Origin: an uncultured Spartobacteria bacterium
GTDB taxonomy: Bacteria > Verrucomicrobiota > Verrucomicrobiia > Chthoniobacterales > UBA6821
Assembly: GCA_903847935.1 (NCBI GenBank)
Contig: CAINEX010000003.1
Coordinates: forward strand, 13,250-77,249
Length of the DNA stretch: 64,000 nt
Direction of reading: 5' to 3'
Shown: positions 56,343 to 64,000 of the stretch, piece by piece
Layout: each line of letters starts with the position of its first letter
How positions within the stretch are numbered: the stretch's first letter is position 1
Notes under the pieces: generated by a model
The model's database searches: none
The model's input: the letters and a program-made list of their open reading frames with translations, nothing else
Told to the model about the DNA's origin: nothing
Translations under genes and position numbers: made by a program

Positions 56343-56387
56343 GCTCCGGTAAGAACGCAGAGACTTTAACAAGAAGAGATTTCTCAC

Positions 56388-57371
56388 ATGTCCCGCTCCA
56401 AGACATCCTCCACGCAGAAGGCCAAGGCGCTGACCGTGGGGACCTTCTTTGCCAACCATGGACCCGCGCTTGGGCTCGAACTCATGGGAGACTCCTCCGG
56501 CATGGAGTCGATCATCGAGGAGCCGACCATCAACCGGCCCGGCCTCGCGTTGGCAGGATTCTTCCGCTACTTTGCTTCCAAGAGGGTTCAGGTGGCAGGA
56601 CACGCCGAACTGAGCTACCTCCGGAGTCTCACTGCTACGGAGAGAGCGGCCAAGCTGGAGGCGCTCTTCGAGCAGCACATACCCTGCCTCATCATCGCCC
56701 GAGGCCTCCCACTGCCGAATGGTATCCTTGATCTTGCCGCAAAACGGGAGATCCCCGTCTTCCGGACACCGCTGGTCACCATGAAATTCATCAATTCGGC
56801 CACCATCGCCCTTGAGGATGAGTTCGCCCCTGTGGCATCCGAACAAGGGAGCATGGTTGATATCATGGGGATCGGTGTCCTTATCCGTGGAAGTAGCGGT
56901 ATCGGCAAGAGCGAGTGCGTCCTTGGGCTCATTGAGCGCGGCTACAGCCTTGTTAGCGACGACATCACCCGGTTCCGCAATCTGGAGGGAAGGGAGCTGA
57001 TCGGCAATAGCAAGGAGCTGACACGCTTTCACATGGAGGTGCGCGGCATCGGCATCATCAATGTCGCCGCCGTCTTCGGTGCTGGCTCCGTCCGTCCCGA
57101 GAAGCAGTTGGATCTCGTGGTTACTCTAAAGGACTGGCACGACGTCGAGGATATTGATAGGATCGGACTTGACAGGGATACCTATGAGATCCTTGGCATT
57201 TCCATACCACACGTGACCATCCCCGTTAGAACAGGACGCGACCTAGCAAGGCTCGTCGAAGTTGCGGCCCTCGACCAGAAACTCAAGTCGATGGGCCACG
57301 ACACGGCTCGTGAATTCAACGAACGACTTCTCCGGGCCATGACGCCCACCAAGGAACGCCTTAAGAAATGA
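56388..57371 (+). CDS. hprK: HPr kinase/phosphorylase
   Basis: GVLIRGSSGIGKSECVLGLIERGYSLVSDD P-loop and the EVRGIGIINV motif. Confidence 0.92.
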   Translation: MSRSKTSSTQKAKALTVGTFFANHGPALGLELMGDSSGMESIIEEPTINRPGLALAGFFRYFASKRVQVAGHAELSYLRSLTATERAAKLEALFEQHIPCLIIARGLPLPNGILDLAAKREIPVFRTPLVTMKFINSATIALEDEFAPVASEQGSMVDIMGIGVLIRGSSGIGKSECVLGLIERGYSLVSDDITRFRNLEGRELIGNSKELTRFHMEVRGIGIINVAAVFGAGSVRPEKQLDLVVTLKDWHDVEDIDRIGLDRDTYEILGISIPHVTIPVRTGRDLARLVEVAALDQKLKSMGHDTAREFNERLLRAMTPTKERLKK

Positions 57372-57658
57372 GCAACCCAAGCGACGCACCCTCAGCCACC
57401 AAGGACCTGACCATCGAGAACCGCAACGGTCTCCATGCTCGTCCGGCGGCACTCTTTGTCAAAACCTCCAGCCGTTACCGATCTGAAGTCTGGGTCGAGA
57501 AGGATGGAGAGCGCGTGAACGGCAAGAGCATCATGGGACTCATGATGCTCGCCGCCGGCAAGGGGTCTGTCCTCCGTGTCATTGCCGAAGGAGAGGATGC
57601 CGAGACGGTATTAAACGAGCTGGAACAGTTGATTTCGACCCGTTTCGGCGAAGAATAG
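57368..57658 (+). CDS. ptsH: HPr-family phosphocarrier protein
   Basis: NGLHARPAALFV (His-15 context) and GKSIMGLMML (Ser-46 context). The ATG overlaps the hprK stop. Confidence 0.85.
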   Translation: MSNPSDAPSATKDLTIENRNGLHARPAALFVKTSSRYRSEVWVEKDGERVNGKSIMGLMMLAAGKGSVLRVIAEGEDAETVLNELEQLISTRFGEE

Positions 57659-57835
57659 ACTCGGTGTCAACGCTTTTGGCGCCACCACGATGTTCTTTGG
57701 TCTGGGTGCTTTGCTCCTCAATTTAGGTTGCCGCCTTCGAAAGGCAGTCTAAATCTCTGCGGGGATAACCGCCTATGTAATCTTCGAAGACCGCCACTCG
57801 ACTTTCCTGAGGGGTCTCAGTAAACTCATACACTT

Positions 57836-59764
57836 GTGAGCTACCGCGTCTTTGCCAGAAAATACCGACCGCAGAAGTTCGAGGAGGTGATTGGTCAGGA
57901 ACACATCACCCGCACTCTCCAGAACGCGATCAAGGGAAGCCGTCTTGCACAGGCCTATCTCTTTGTCGGTCCCCGCGGGGTTGGCAAGACATCCACGGCT
58001 CGCATATTGGCCAAAGCGCTGAATTGTCTGAACGGTCCGACGGACAATCCGTGCGGCACCTGCGACGCCTGTATCGAGATCGCGGAGGGACGCAGCCTTG
58101 ACGTGATGGAAATCGATGGGGCGAGCAATAACAGCGTGGAGAGTATCCGCACGCTCCGAGAGAACGCGGCCTACGCGCCGGCCCGCGGCCCCTACAAGGT
58201 CTACCTGATCGATGAGGTGCACATGCTCTCCACGGCGGCCTTCAACGCCCTTCTCAAGACGCTGGAGGAGCCTCCCGAGCACGTAAAGTTCCTCTTTGCC
58301 ACGACGGAAGCGCAGAAAGTTCCCGCCACGATCCTGAGTCGATGCCAACGCTTCGACCTCCGACGACTGACGCCGGAGCTGATCGCCGCACATCTCCTCT
58401 ACATTGCGAACATGGAGAAGGTGTCACTCGATCCGACCGCTGCCGAGGCGATTGCACGAGGAGCAGACGGGGCGCTTCGGGATGCCGAGTCGATGTTTGA
58501 TCAGGTGATCGCGTTCTGCGGTACCACGATTACGGCCGGCGATGTTCAGATGGTCTTCGGTTTCACACCTAGGGAGACGGTTATTTCGCTGACGGCCGCG
58601 CTCTTGGCGGGCGACACACCATCTGCGCTTGCGCAGGTGAGGGATCAGGCCGAGGCAGGCAAGGATCTCTCGCGACTGCTAGCAGAACTGGTCGGCCTTC
58701 TGCGCGATGTCCTGATCTCAAAAGCACATCCCGCCACGGAGGAGCAGACTGAAGAGGGGCGACTGGGGCATACAATTTCCCAGGAAAAGCTGCTGGTCCT
58801 GCTCGATCACTTTGGCGAGTCCGAGGGGCGGATGCGTTGGGCAACTGACAAGAAGCTCCTGCTCGATGTCGCCCTGATCAAGGGGGTGCATCTGTTGGAA
58901 GAGACCAGTCTGAGTGACGTGATTGATGCTCTCGCCTCCCTGCGTGGCGGGTCCCCGCTCCCCGATCGACCGACCGCGAAGGTCACGGTATCTGCTTTGG
59001 TGCCAAAACCAGCCATTGTCCCAACTTTAACACCTGCTCCAGTAGCGCCAGCTACCATCGCCCCTCTAAAAAAAGAGCGACCAGTCATCGAGGAAGAATC
59101 CAACGAGGAAGCCGATAAGGAGTCCAAGAAAGAAGCAACCAAAGGGGACGAAACCAACACTCTTGCCTCCGAGGCTGAGATGATCCCAATCCTCTCCTTG
59201 GGCGACGAAATGGCATCAGGACCGGCCGCTTCAGGGTTGGAGGAGTTGGAGGAGAAAGCGACTCCCGCTGCAGTGACAACCACGGATCCTTGGCACACGG
59301 TAGCCATGTCACTGGCCTCCGAGTCCCCCCTGAAATTCGGATGGCTGGAGGATGGCCGCTTTGTGGAAATTCAAGGGGATCGACTGATCGTGGAGTTCCC
59401 CCCCTCCCTCGAAGCACAAACTCAGACCCTCTTCTGGATTCAGGCGGTCAAAAAAATCGAGACGCTGCTTTCCACCGACCTCGGGAAGAAAATAACCCTC
59501 GAGTGCCGATTCAGCGGGGCCGAGCCTCCAGCCCCGGAGCCAATGCCAGAGCCCCTGCCTCCCCCGAAGGCAAAACCGATTGACAAGGCCTCACCCTCTT
59601 CTGCCTCCTCAACAGCTTCCAATCCCAAAATGGCGTCACCAGAATCCCCGCCAGAAATCAGCGCTGAGGAACTGGAGGCTTTCAAGAATGACCCGCTGAT
59701 CAAGAAGGCGCTGGAAATTTTCAAGGCAGAGATCCTATCAGGCGAACAATCACCCGGCATCTGA
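57836..59764 (+). CDS. dnaX: DNA polymerase III subunits gamma and tau
   Basis: YRPQKFEEVIGQEHI, GPRGVGKTSTARILAKALNC, the zinc module CGTCDACIEI, and SRCQRFD. 642 aa with a Pro/Ala/Glu-rich C-terminal half. GTG start. Confidence 0.93.
   Translation: MSYRVFARKYRPQKFEEVIGQEHITRTLQNAIKGSRLAQAYLFVGPRGVGKTSTARILAKALNCLNGPTDNPCGTCDACIEIAEGRSLDVMEIDGASNNSVESIRTLRENAAYAPARGPYKVYLIDEVHMLSTAAFNALLKTLEEPPEHVKFLFATTEAQKVPATILSRCQRFDLRRLTPELIAAHLLYIANMEKVSLDPTAAEAIARGADGALRDAESMFDQVIAFCGTTITAGDVQMVFGFTPRETVISLTAALLAGDTPSALAQVRDQAEAGKDLSRLLAELVGLLRDVLISKAHPATEEQTEEGRLGHTISQEKLLVLLDHFGESEGRMRWATDKKLLLDVALIKGVHLLEETSLSDVIDALASLRGGSPLPDRPTAKVTVSALVPKPAIVPTLTPAPVAPATIAPLKKERPVIEEESNEEADKESKKEATKGDETNTLASEAEMIPILSLGDEMASGPAASGLEELEEKATPAAVTTTDPWHTVAMSLASESPLKFGWLEDGRFVEIQGDRLIVEFPPSLEAQTQTLFWIQAVKKIETLLSTDLGKKITLECRFSGAEPPAPEPMPEPLPPPKAKPIDKASPSSASSTASNPKMASPESPPEISAEELEAFKNDPLIKKALEIFKAEILSGEQSPGI
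59068..59074 (+). other. A_AAA_AAA slippery heptamer in dnaX, in the correct phase for -1 frameshifting
   Basis: Zero-frame codons are CTA AAA AAA GAG (codons 411-414, PLKKE). The -1 frame reaches TAA at 59116-59118, 14 codons later. Confidence 0.4.
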
Positions 59765-59802
59765 TCGGAAAAATCCAACTCAACCACCAATCATACCCAT
59801 TG

Positions 59803-60114
59803 ATGAATATTGCTAAAATGATGAGCGCTGCCGCGAATGCGCAGAAGAAGATGGCCCAGATTCAGGAAGATCTTGCCAAGCGTGAGGTCGAAGCGACTTC
59901 CGGCGGAGGAAAGGTGACGGTCAAGGCCTCCGGATCGGGAGAGATCCTCTCCATCAAGATCTCTCCGGAGGTTATTAATGCGGATGACGTGGAGCTTCTC
60001 GAGGATCTTGTCCTGAGTGCCGTGCGCCAGGCGACCGGTGATGCGAAGAAGCTGGCCAGCGACGAGATGGGCAAACTGACGGCAGGCCTCGGCATTCCGG
60101 GCCTTCCTTTCTGA
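59803..60114 (+). CDS. ybaB: YbaB/EbfC-family nucleoid-associated protein
   Basis: Located immediately after dnaX as in most bacteria. MAQIQEDLAKREVEATSGGGKVTVKASGSGEILSIKISPEVI. Confidence 0.9.
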   Translation: MNIAKMMSAAANAQKKMAQIQEDLAKREVEATSGGGKVTVKASGSGEILSIKISPEVINADDVELLEDLVLSAVRQATGDAKKLASDEMGKLTAGLGIPGLPF

Positions 60115-60142
60115 ACTGCAAGAGATCCCTGGATTCCAAAAC

Positions 60143-61237
60143 ATGACCACGCTTCTCTCGCCGATTCAACTCGGCCCCATCGCCCTTCCCAACCGTGTTT
60201 TCATGGCACCGCTGACACGTTGCCGTGCCTCGGAGGGCCATGTGCCCAATGAGCTGAACGTGAAGTATTACGCCCAGAGGGCTTCGGCTGGCCTGATCAT
60301 TTCCGAGGCGACATCGGTCTCCCCGAGTGGCTATGGCTACCCGAACACTCCCGGCATCCACACCGAGGCGCAAGTTGACGGATGGAAAAAGATCACCAGT
60401 GCGGTTCACGCCAAGGGAGGGCACATGTATCTCCAACTCTGGCATGTCGGCCGGATCTCACACCCTGCGTATCAGGAGGATGGGACCCAGCCGGTGGCTC
60501 CCTCCGCCATCAAGCCCAAGGGACAGGTCTTCACTGGAGCGGCCATGGAGGAGTATGTCACCCCGCGAGCGCTCGAGACCTCCGAGATCCCGGGAATCGT
60601 GGCCGAATATGTGCATGGAGCCACACTTGCCAAGGAGGCCGGATTTGACGGTGTGGAGATCCATAACGCAAACGGCTACCTTCTTGACCAGTTTCTTCGG
60701 GATGGAACCAACAACCGTGGCGACGAGTATGGCGGATCGGTTCAGAACCGTGCTCGCCTGACCCTGGAAGTCACGGAGGCGGTTGTCGGTATCTGGGGTG
60801 CCGACCGCGTTGGGATCCGCCTCTCACCCGGAGGTGTCTTCAACGACATGCACGACAGCAATCCACTCGCAACCTTCGGACATCTGCTGAAAGAGCTGAA
60901 CGCCTTCAATCTGGCCTATGCCCATATCACCCAGGTCACGGCGCAAGATATCGCGCACGGAGCAAAGGAGGGGGTGGGCCCCAAGGAGTTGCGCCCCTTC
61001 TGGAAAGGGACGATCGTCTCGGCGGGAGGATTCAATTTGGAGACTGGCAATAAAGCCCTGACAGAGGGTTGGGCAGACGCGATTGCTTTTGGCGTTCCCT
61101 TCATTGCCAATCCCGACCTGCCGGAGAGATTCCGTCAGAATGCGCCTCTTAATGCCCCTGAGGAGGCTTCGTTCTACGGAGGCACCGAGAAGGGATACAC
61201 CGACTATCCTACCCTGCAAACAGACGTGCTTTCGTAG
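60143..61237 (+). CDS. Old Yellow Enzyme-family NADH:flavin oxidoreductase (alkene/N-ethylmaleimide reductase-like)
   Basis: LPNRVFMAPLTRCRA, LQLWHVGR, GFDGVEIHNANGYLLDQFL and DEYGGS motifs. Confidence 0.9.
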   Translation: MTTLLSPIQLGPIALPNRVFMAPLTRCRASEGHVPNELNVKYYAQRASAGLIISEATSVSPSGYGYPNTPGIHTEAQVDGWKKITSAVHAKGGHMYLQLWHVGRISHPAYQEDGTQPVAPSAIKPKGQVFTGAAMEEYVTPRALETSEIPGIVAEYVHGATLAKEAGFDGVEIHNANGYLLDQFLRDGTNNRGDEYGGSVQNRARLTLEVTEAVVGIWGADRVGIRLSPGGVFNDMHDSNPLATFGHLLKELNAFNLAYAHITQVTAQDIAHGAKEGVGPKELRPFWKGTIVSAGGFNLETGNKALTEGWADAIAFGVPFIANPDLPERFRQNAPLNAPEEASFYGGTEKGYTDYPTLQTDVLS

Positions 61238-61241
61238 GTAC

Positions 61242-62045
61242 TTACTGTCCGAAGAGCCCGGTTTGAGGATCGGGTTGTGCGATAGGGCGTGCTTTCTTTT
61301 CCTTCACCGGAAGAGGATTTGAGACTGTCTCGGATTCGTTGGTCCTGAACCCAAGCCCACTCATCAGCAGGGCGCCGCCAGGGACCACAAAGGAGAGGAG
61401 ATCGGCGACGCCACGGATGAGTTCGCCGTGAACAAGCATGGCATCGGCGGTTTTTCCTGTTGGAATCTGGTGATATGCGCTGAGGAAAAGAATCAGTTCC
61501 GAGAGAAGGATGCTGAGGAGAGCCCACTTGATCCCAGTTTTCTGCTTCTTGGAACTCAAGTCCAAGGCGGGCATCTTGAACCAAAGAAGCCATCCCGCGC
61601 AGGCGAACGTGAGTAGCGCCAAGGTGACCGAGAAAAGAGAGGTCACGGACAGCAGCAGCAGGACCACGGCAAGGCGCACCAGTTGATGGTTACCCACCTT
61701 GCCAAACGCGAAGCTGGTCATGCCCAGGGAGAGCAAAATTAGAGGAACGCCCACGGCCCAAGCCATCACCCGATCCTCCCCGGCAAGTAATTGTCCGGTC
61801 ACGCAGTAGGAGGTGCCGGCCAACTCAAAAGCCTCCTTCCAGCCGACCCATACGCCAGATTCGAACCATGTGGCGACAGCCATGGCGCCTCCCCCCATCA
61901 GAAGTGGAAACCTAGCCTCCCGAGGCACGCAGGAGACCGATGCCACGAGCAGGAAGGAGAGAAAGCCCATCAAGGCGACGCAGAGCTTGAGTGTCAGCTC
62001 CACCGCGCTGTACTGGCCGATGGAAATGGTGAGGAGCGTATCCAT
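61242..62045 (-). CDS. Polytopic (about 7 TM) membrane protein of unknown function, with faint microbial-rhodopsin-like motifs
   Basis: 267 aa with about 7 hydrophobic helices. DRVMAWAVGVPLILL and VADLLSFVVPG resemble rhodopsin helices C and G but lack the counter-ion Asp and the Schiff-base Lys. Confidence 0.5.
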   Translation of the reverse strand: MDTLLTISIGQYSAVELTLKLCVALMGFLSFLLVASVSCVPREARFPLLMGGGAMAVATWFESGVWVGWKEAFELAGTSYCVTGQLLAGEDRVMAWAVGVPLILLSLGMTSFAFGKVGNHQLVRLAVVLLLLSVTSLFSVTLALLTFACAGWLLWFKMPALDLSSKKQKTGIKWALLSILLSELILFLSAYHQIPTGKTADAMLVHGELIRGVADLLSFVVPGGALLMSGLGFRTNESETVSNPLPVKEKKARPIAQPDPQTGLFGQ

Positions 62046-62075
62046 CGTTAAGAAACTAGGTCGCCGGCGCTCTCC

Positions 62076-63071
62076 TCAGACTTCGGTGGGATCACCGAAA
62101 TCGATCTGAAGGTTGCGGGCCAACCTGATCAACTCGGGGGCAGGATGCTTTTTCTTGCCGATCACCTGGTCAAAGGAGACGAGGGTGGTGCGGCCCTTGG
62201 CGAGCGATGTCATGCAGCCGGTTTCCTGCTGGAGAAGTCCGGTGACGGCGAGTTCTCCGAAGCGGGAGCCGAGCATGCGGTCGAAGTGGGTCGGAATACC
62301 GCCTCGCTGGACATGGCCAAGGACTGTCTTGCGAACTTCCTGCTCGAATTCCGAACCACGGGCGGCAACCATGCGCTGAATAAAGGTGTCGGCATCGCAG
62401 ACACCTTCGGCAAGCACGATGATGGAGTTATCCCTGGTCTGCTGGTAGCGTTCGTGCAACTGGGTGACGATCCGCTTGATGTTGCAGTAATATTCGGGGA
62501 TCACGGCGAATTCGGCCCCGCAACTGATGGCCGTGGTGAGGGCGAGGTAGCCCGAGTTGCGGCCCATCACTTCGATCAGGAAGCAGCGTCGGTGGGAGCG
62601 TGCCGTGTCGCGGATACGATCGATCAGCTGCATGATGGTATTGGCGGCCGTGTCCACTCCGATTGCCATCTCCGTGCCGGCCATGTCGTTGTCGATACTC
62701 GCGGGGATGCCCACGACGGGCATGCCTCGATTGGAAAGCTCCTGGGCCCCGGTCAGCGAGCCGTCCCCGCCGATGACGACAAGGCCATGGATCCCAAGTT
62801 CCTGAAGGCGCCGCCGAGCCTCATCGATCCCCTCGGGGGTATACATGCGCTTGCAGCGGCTGGATTGGAGGATGGTTCCTCCCCGGTCGATCATACCCGA
62901 GAGAAGCCGGCCCCCCAGCTCCTCGACGTTACCGTCAAAGATGCCGTCGTAGCCGTTATTGATCCCCACGACGCGGCAACCATTCTCAAAAGCGGTTCTA
63001 GCCACGGCACGGAGTGCAGGATTCATTCCCGGGGCGTCACCACCGGATGTCAATACGCCGAGTGTTTTCAT
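62076..63071 (-). CDS. pfkA: ATP-dependent 6-phosphofructokinase (331-aa, PfkA-like paralogue)
   Basis: LGVLTSGGDAPGMNPALRAV, VVIGGDGS, GIPASIDNDM and MGRNSGYLAL motifs. Confidence 0.92.
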   Translation of the reverse strand: MKTLGVLTSGGDAPGMNPALRAVARTAFENGCRVVGINNGYDGIFDGNVEELGGRLLSGMIDRGGTILQSSRCKRMYTPEGIDEARRRLQELGIHGLVVIGGDGSLTGAQELSNRGMPVVGIPASIDNDMAGTEMAIGVDTAANTIMQLIDRIRDTARSHRRCFLIEVMGRNSGYLALTTAISCGAEFAVIPEYYCNIKRIVTQLHERYQQTRDNSIIVLAEGVCDADTFIQRMVAARGSEFEQEVRKTVLGHVQRGGIPTHFDRMLGSRFGELAVTGLLQQETGCMTSLAKGRTTLVSFDQVIGKKKHPAPELIRLARNLQIDFGDPTEV

Positions 63072-63198
63072 GGAAAAAGGGCCTTCGGGCTACGAAGACA
63101 ATCTTCTAGTTAGCATGGGGAGGCGTAAAAAACAGGCGAATAAATTTTTTTTGAACGGAATCGTTGCTAGGTGGTCTCTATTAACAGGGTTTCATTGG

Positions 63199-63264
63199 AA
63201 GCGGGCCACCTCGCATCGGTTTCTTGGTTTTTTCCGGTGCGGCAAACAGGTGGCCCGCTTTTTT
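63199..63264 (+). terminator. Orphan Rho-independent terminator-like structure (no upstream + strand CDS)
   Basis: A 13-bp perfect stem AAGCGGGCCACCT (63199-63211) / AGGTGGCCCGCTT (63248-63260) encloses a 36-nt insert with its own imperfect hairpin. It ends in a run of six T (63259-63264). The structure is directional: there is no T-run on the minus strand. Confidence 0.65.
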
Positions 63265-63364
63265 GATCCCGTTCCACGTAAAGCTCTTCTTGCCACTTGC
63301 TTCGGGGAGATGAGTCGGCTAGCTCCTTGTTAGCTCAACCACCATCACGACAACCACGCTAGCC

Positions 63365-64000
63365 ATGCCCGAAACCATTTTACTGATAGAGGACGAAGCA
63401 GATGTTGCTGACCTGGTCCGCTACCATCTCAAAAAGGCAAAGTATCGGGTGCTTCACGCCATGGATGGCGCCGAAGGGTTGGAAATGGTTCGTCAGGAGC
63501 GTCCCGACGCCGTCGTGCTCGATATCATGTTGCCCAGGCTGAACGGCTTTGAAGTGGCAAAAAAATTGAAGTCCGATCCGACGACCGAATCCATACCGGT
63601 GCTGATCTTAAGTGCCAAGGGAGAGTCCGAAAGCAGGATCAAGGGGTTGGAACTGGGAGCCGAGGATTATCTGCCGAAGCCTTTCAGCCCGCGGGAGTTG
63701 GTCCTGCGCATCAAGGCCCTCCTCCGCCGCAGTGCATCGGTGCCTGCGGCCGAAAAAACCATGGCTGGACCCTTTGTGCTGGATCGCGGTGCGCTCAAGG
63801 TGACTTTGCAGGGGAAGCGCCTCGATCTCACCTCGACCGAGTTCAAGCTACTCTCCCTCCTGCTCGGAAAGGAAGGAGCCATCCAGTCACGTGAAGACCT
63901 GCTTCAGGAGGTTTGGGGGTACAGCGTCACCATTGACACCCGCACCGTGGACACCCACATGAGACGTCTCCGGGAGAAGCTCGGTGAACACTCCACTCAC
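63365..64000 (+). CDS. OmpR/PhoB-family two-component response regulator, 3' end cut by window edge
   Basis: My own translation from ATG 63365 reads MPETILLIEDEADVADLVRYHL...VVLDIMLPRLNGFEV...AEDYLPKPFSPRELVLRIKALLRR, then a winged-helix part (LTSTEFKLLSLLL...IDTRTVDTHMRRLREKL). The frame is open to nt 64000. Confidence 0.88.
   Translation, partial: MPETILLIEDEADVADLVRYHLKKAKYRVLHAMDGAEGLEMVRQERPDAVVLDIMLPRLNGFEVAKKLKSDPTTESIPVLILSAKGESESRIKGLELGAEDYLPKPFSPRELVLRIKALLRRSASVPAAEKTMAGPFVLDRGALKVTLQGKRLDLTSTEFKLLSLLLGKEGAIQSREDLLQEVWGYSVTIDTRTVDTHMRRLREKLGEHSTH

Noticed and set aside
57659-57835. SRP (4.5S) RNA upstream of dnaX, as in the ffs-dnaX-ybaB-recR arrangement of some bacteria.
   Set aside because: I could not find the conserved helix-8 motif (GGUCCGGAAGGAAGCAGCC-like, GNRA tetraloop context) on either strand. 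Only an imperfect hairpin is present, at about 57730-57768.
59450-59456. A second A7 run in dnaX (GTC AAA AAA ATC) as an alternative frameshift site.
   Set aside because: The phase is wrong for tandem slippage, because the P-site codon would re-pair as CAA. It also lies at codon ~539, far beyond the domain III / tau-specific boundary.

Overview
This 64-kb window is a gene-dense chromosomal segment with about 65 CDS, most at roughly 58-65% GC. The gene content gives me a PVC/Verrucomicrobia-like impression: a histone-H1-like KA-repeat protein, HprK/HPr without PTS permeases, an ExbB/ExbD/TonB module and many lipoproteins. That is an impression only, not a demonstrated assignment. Most genes are housekeeping: secA, tadA, rpe, lpd, mnmG, glnD, yicC-gmk-coaC, ispF-cysS, thyA-folA, hisI, miaA-queF-queC-queE, two S11 DD-carboxypeptidases, two pfk paralogues, apt, kdsA-lptC-lptA-lptB-hprK-ptsH, dnaX-ybaB, and a PhoB/OmpR-type regulator cut by the window end. 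I recognised no rRNA, tRNA, CRISPR array, transposase or integrase.

Items worth a second look:
1. A low-GC single-gene island encodes an SRA-like + HNH nuclease, a candidate Type IV restriction enzyme.
2. A 0.4-kb, very AT-rich intergenic region next to mnmG contains a perfect DnaA box, making it an oriC candidate.
3. An in-phase A_AAA_AAA slippery heptamer lies in dnaX at the position where E. coli makes gamma.
4. A translationally coupled operon encodes a Roadblock-like protein, ExbB, an ExbD lacking the transmembrane Asp, a TonB-like protein and a TM zinc-ribbon protein.
5. A 7-TM protein has helix C and helix G motifs that resemble microbial rhodopsins but lacks the Schiff-base Lys.
6. 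Several unexplained noncoding elements are present:
   - a 23-bp perfect GC-rich inverted repeat between thyA and folA;
   - a dispersed 32-nt intergenic repeat;
   - an orphan terminator upstream of the response regulator;
   - a 700-nt structured noncoding gap upstream of an RRM protein gene.

All functional calls come from motif recognition by eye. No database search was run.
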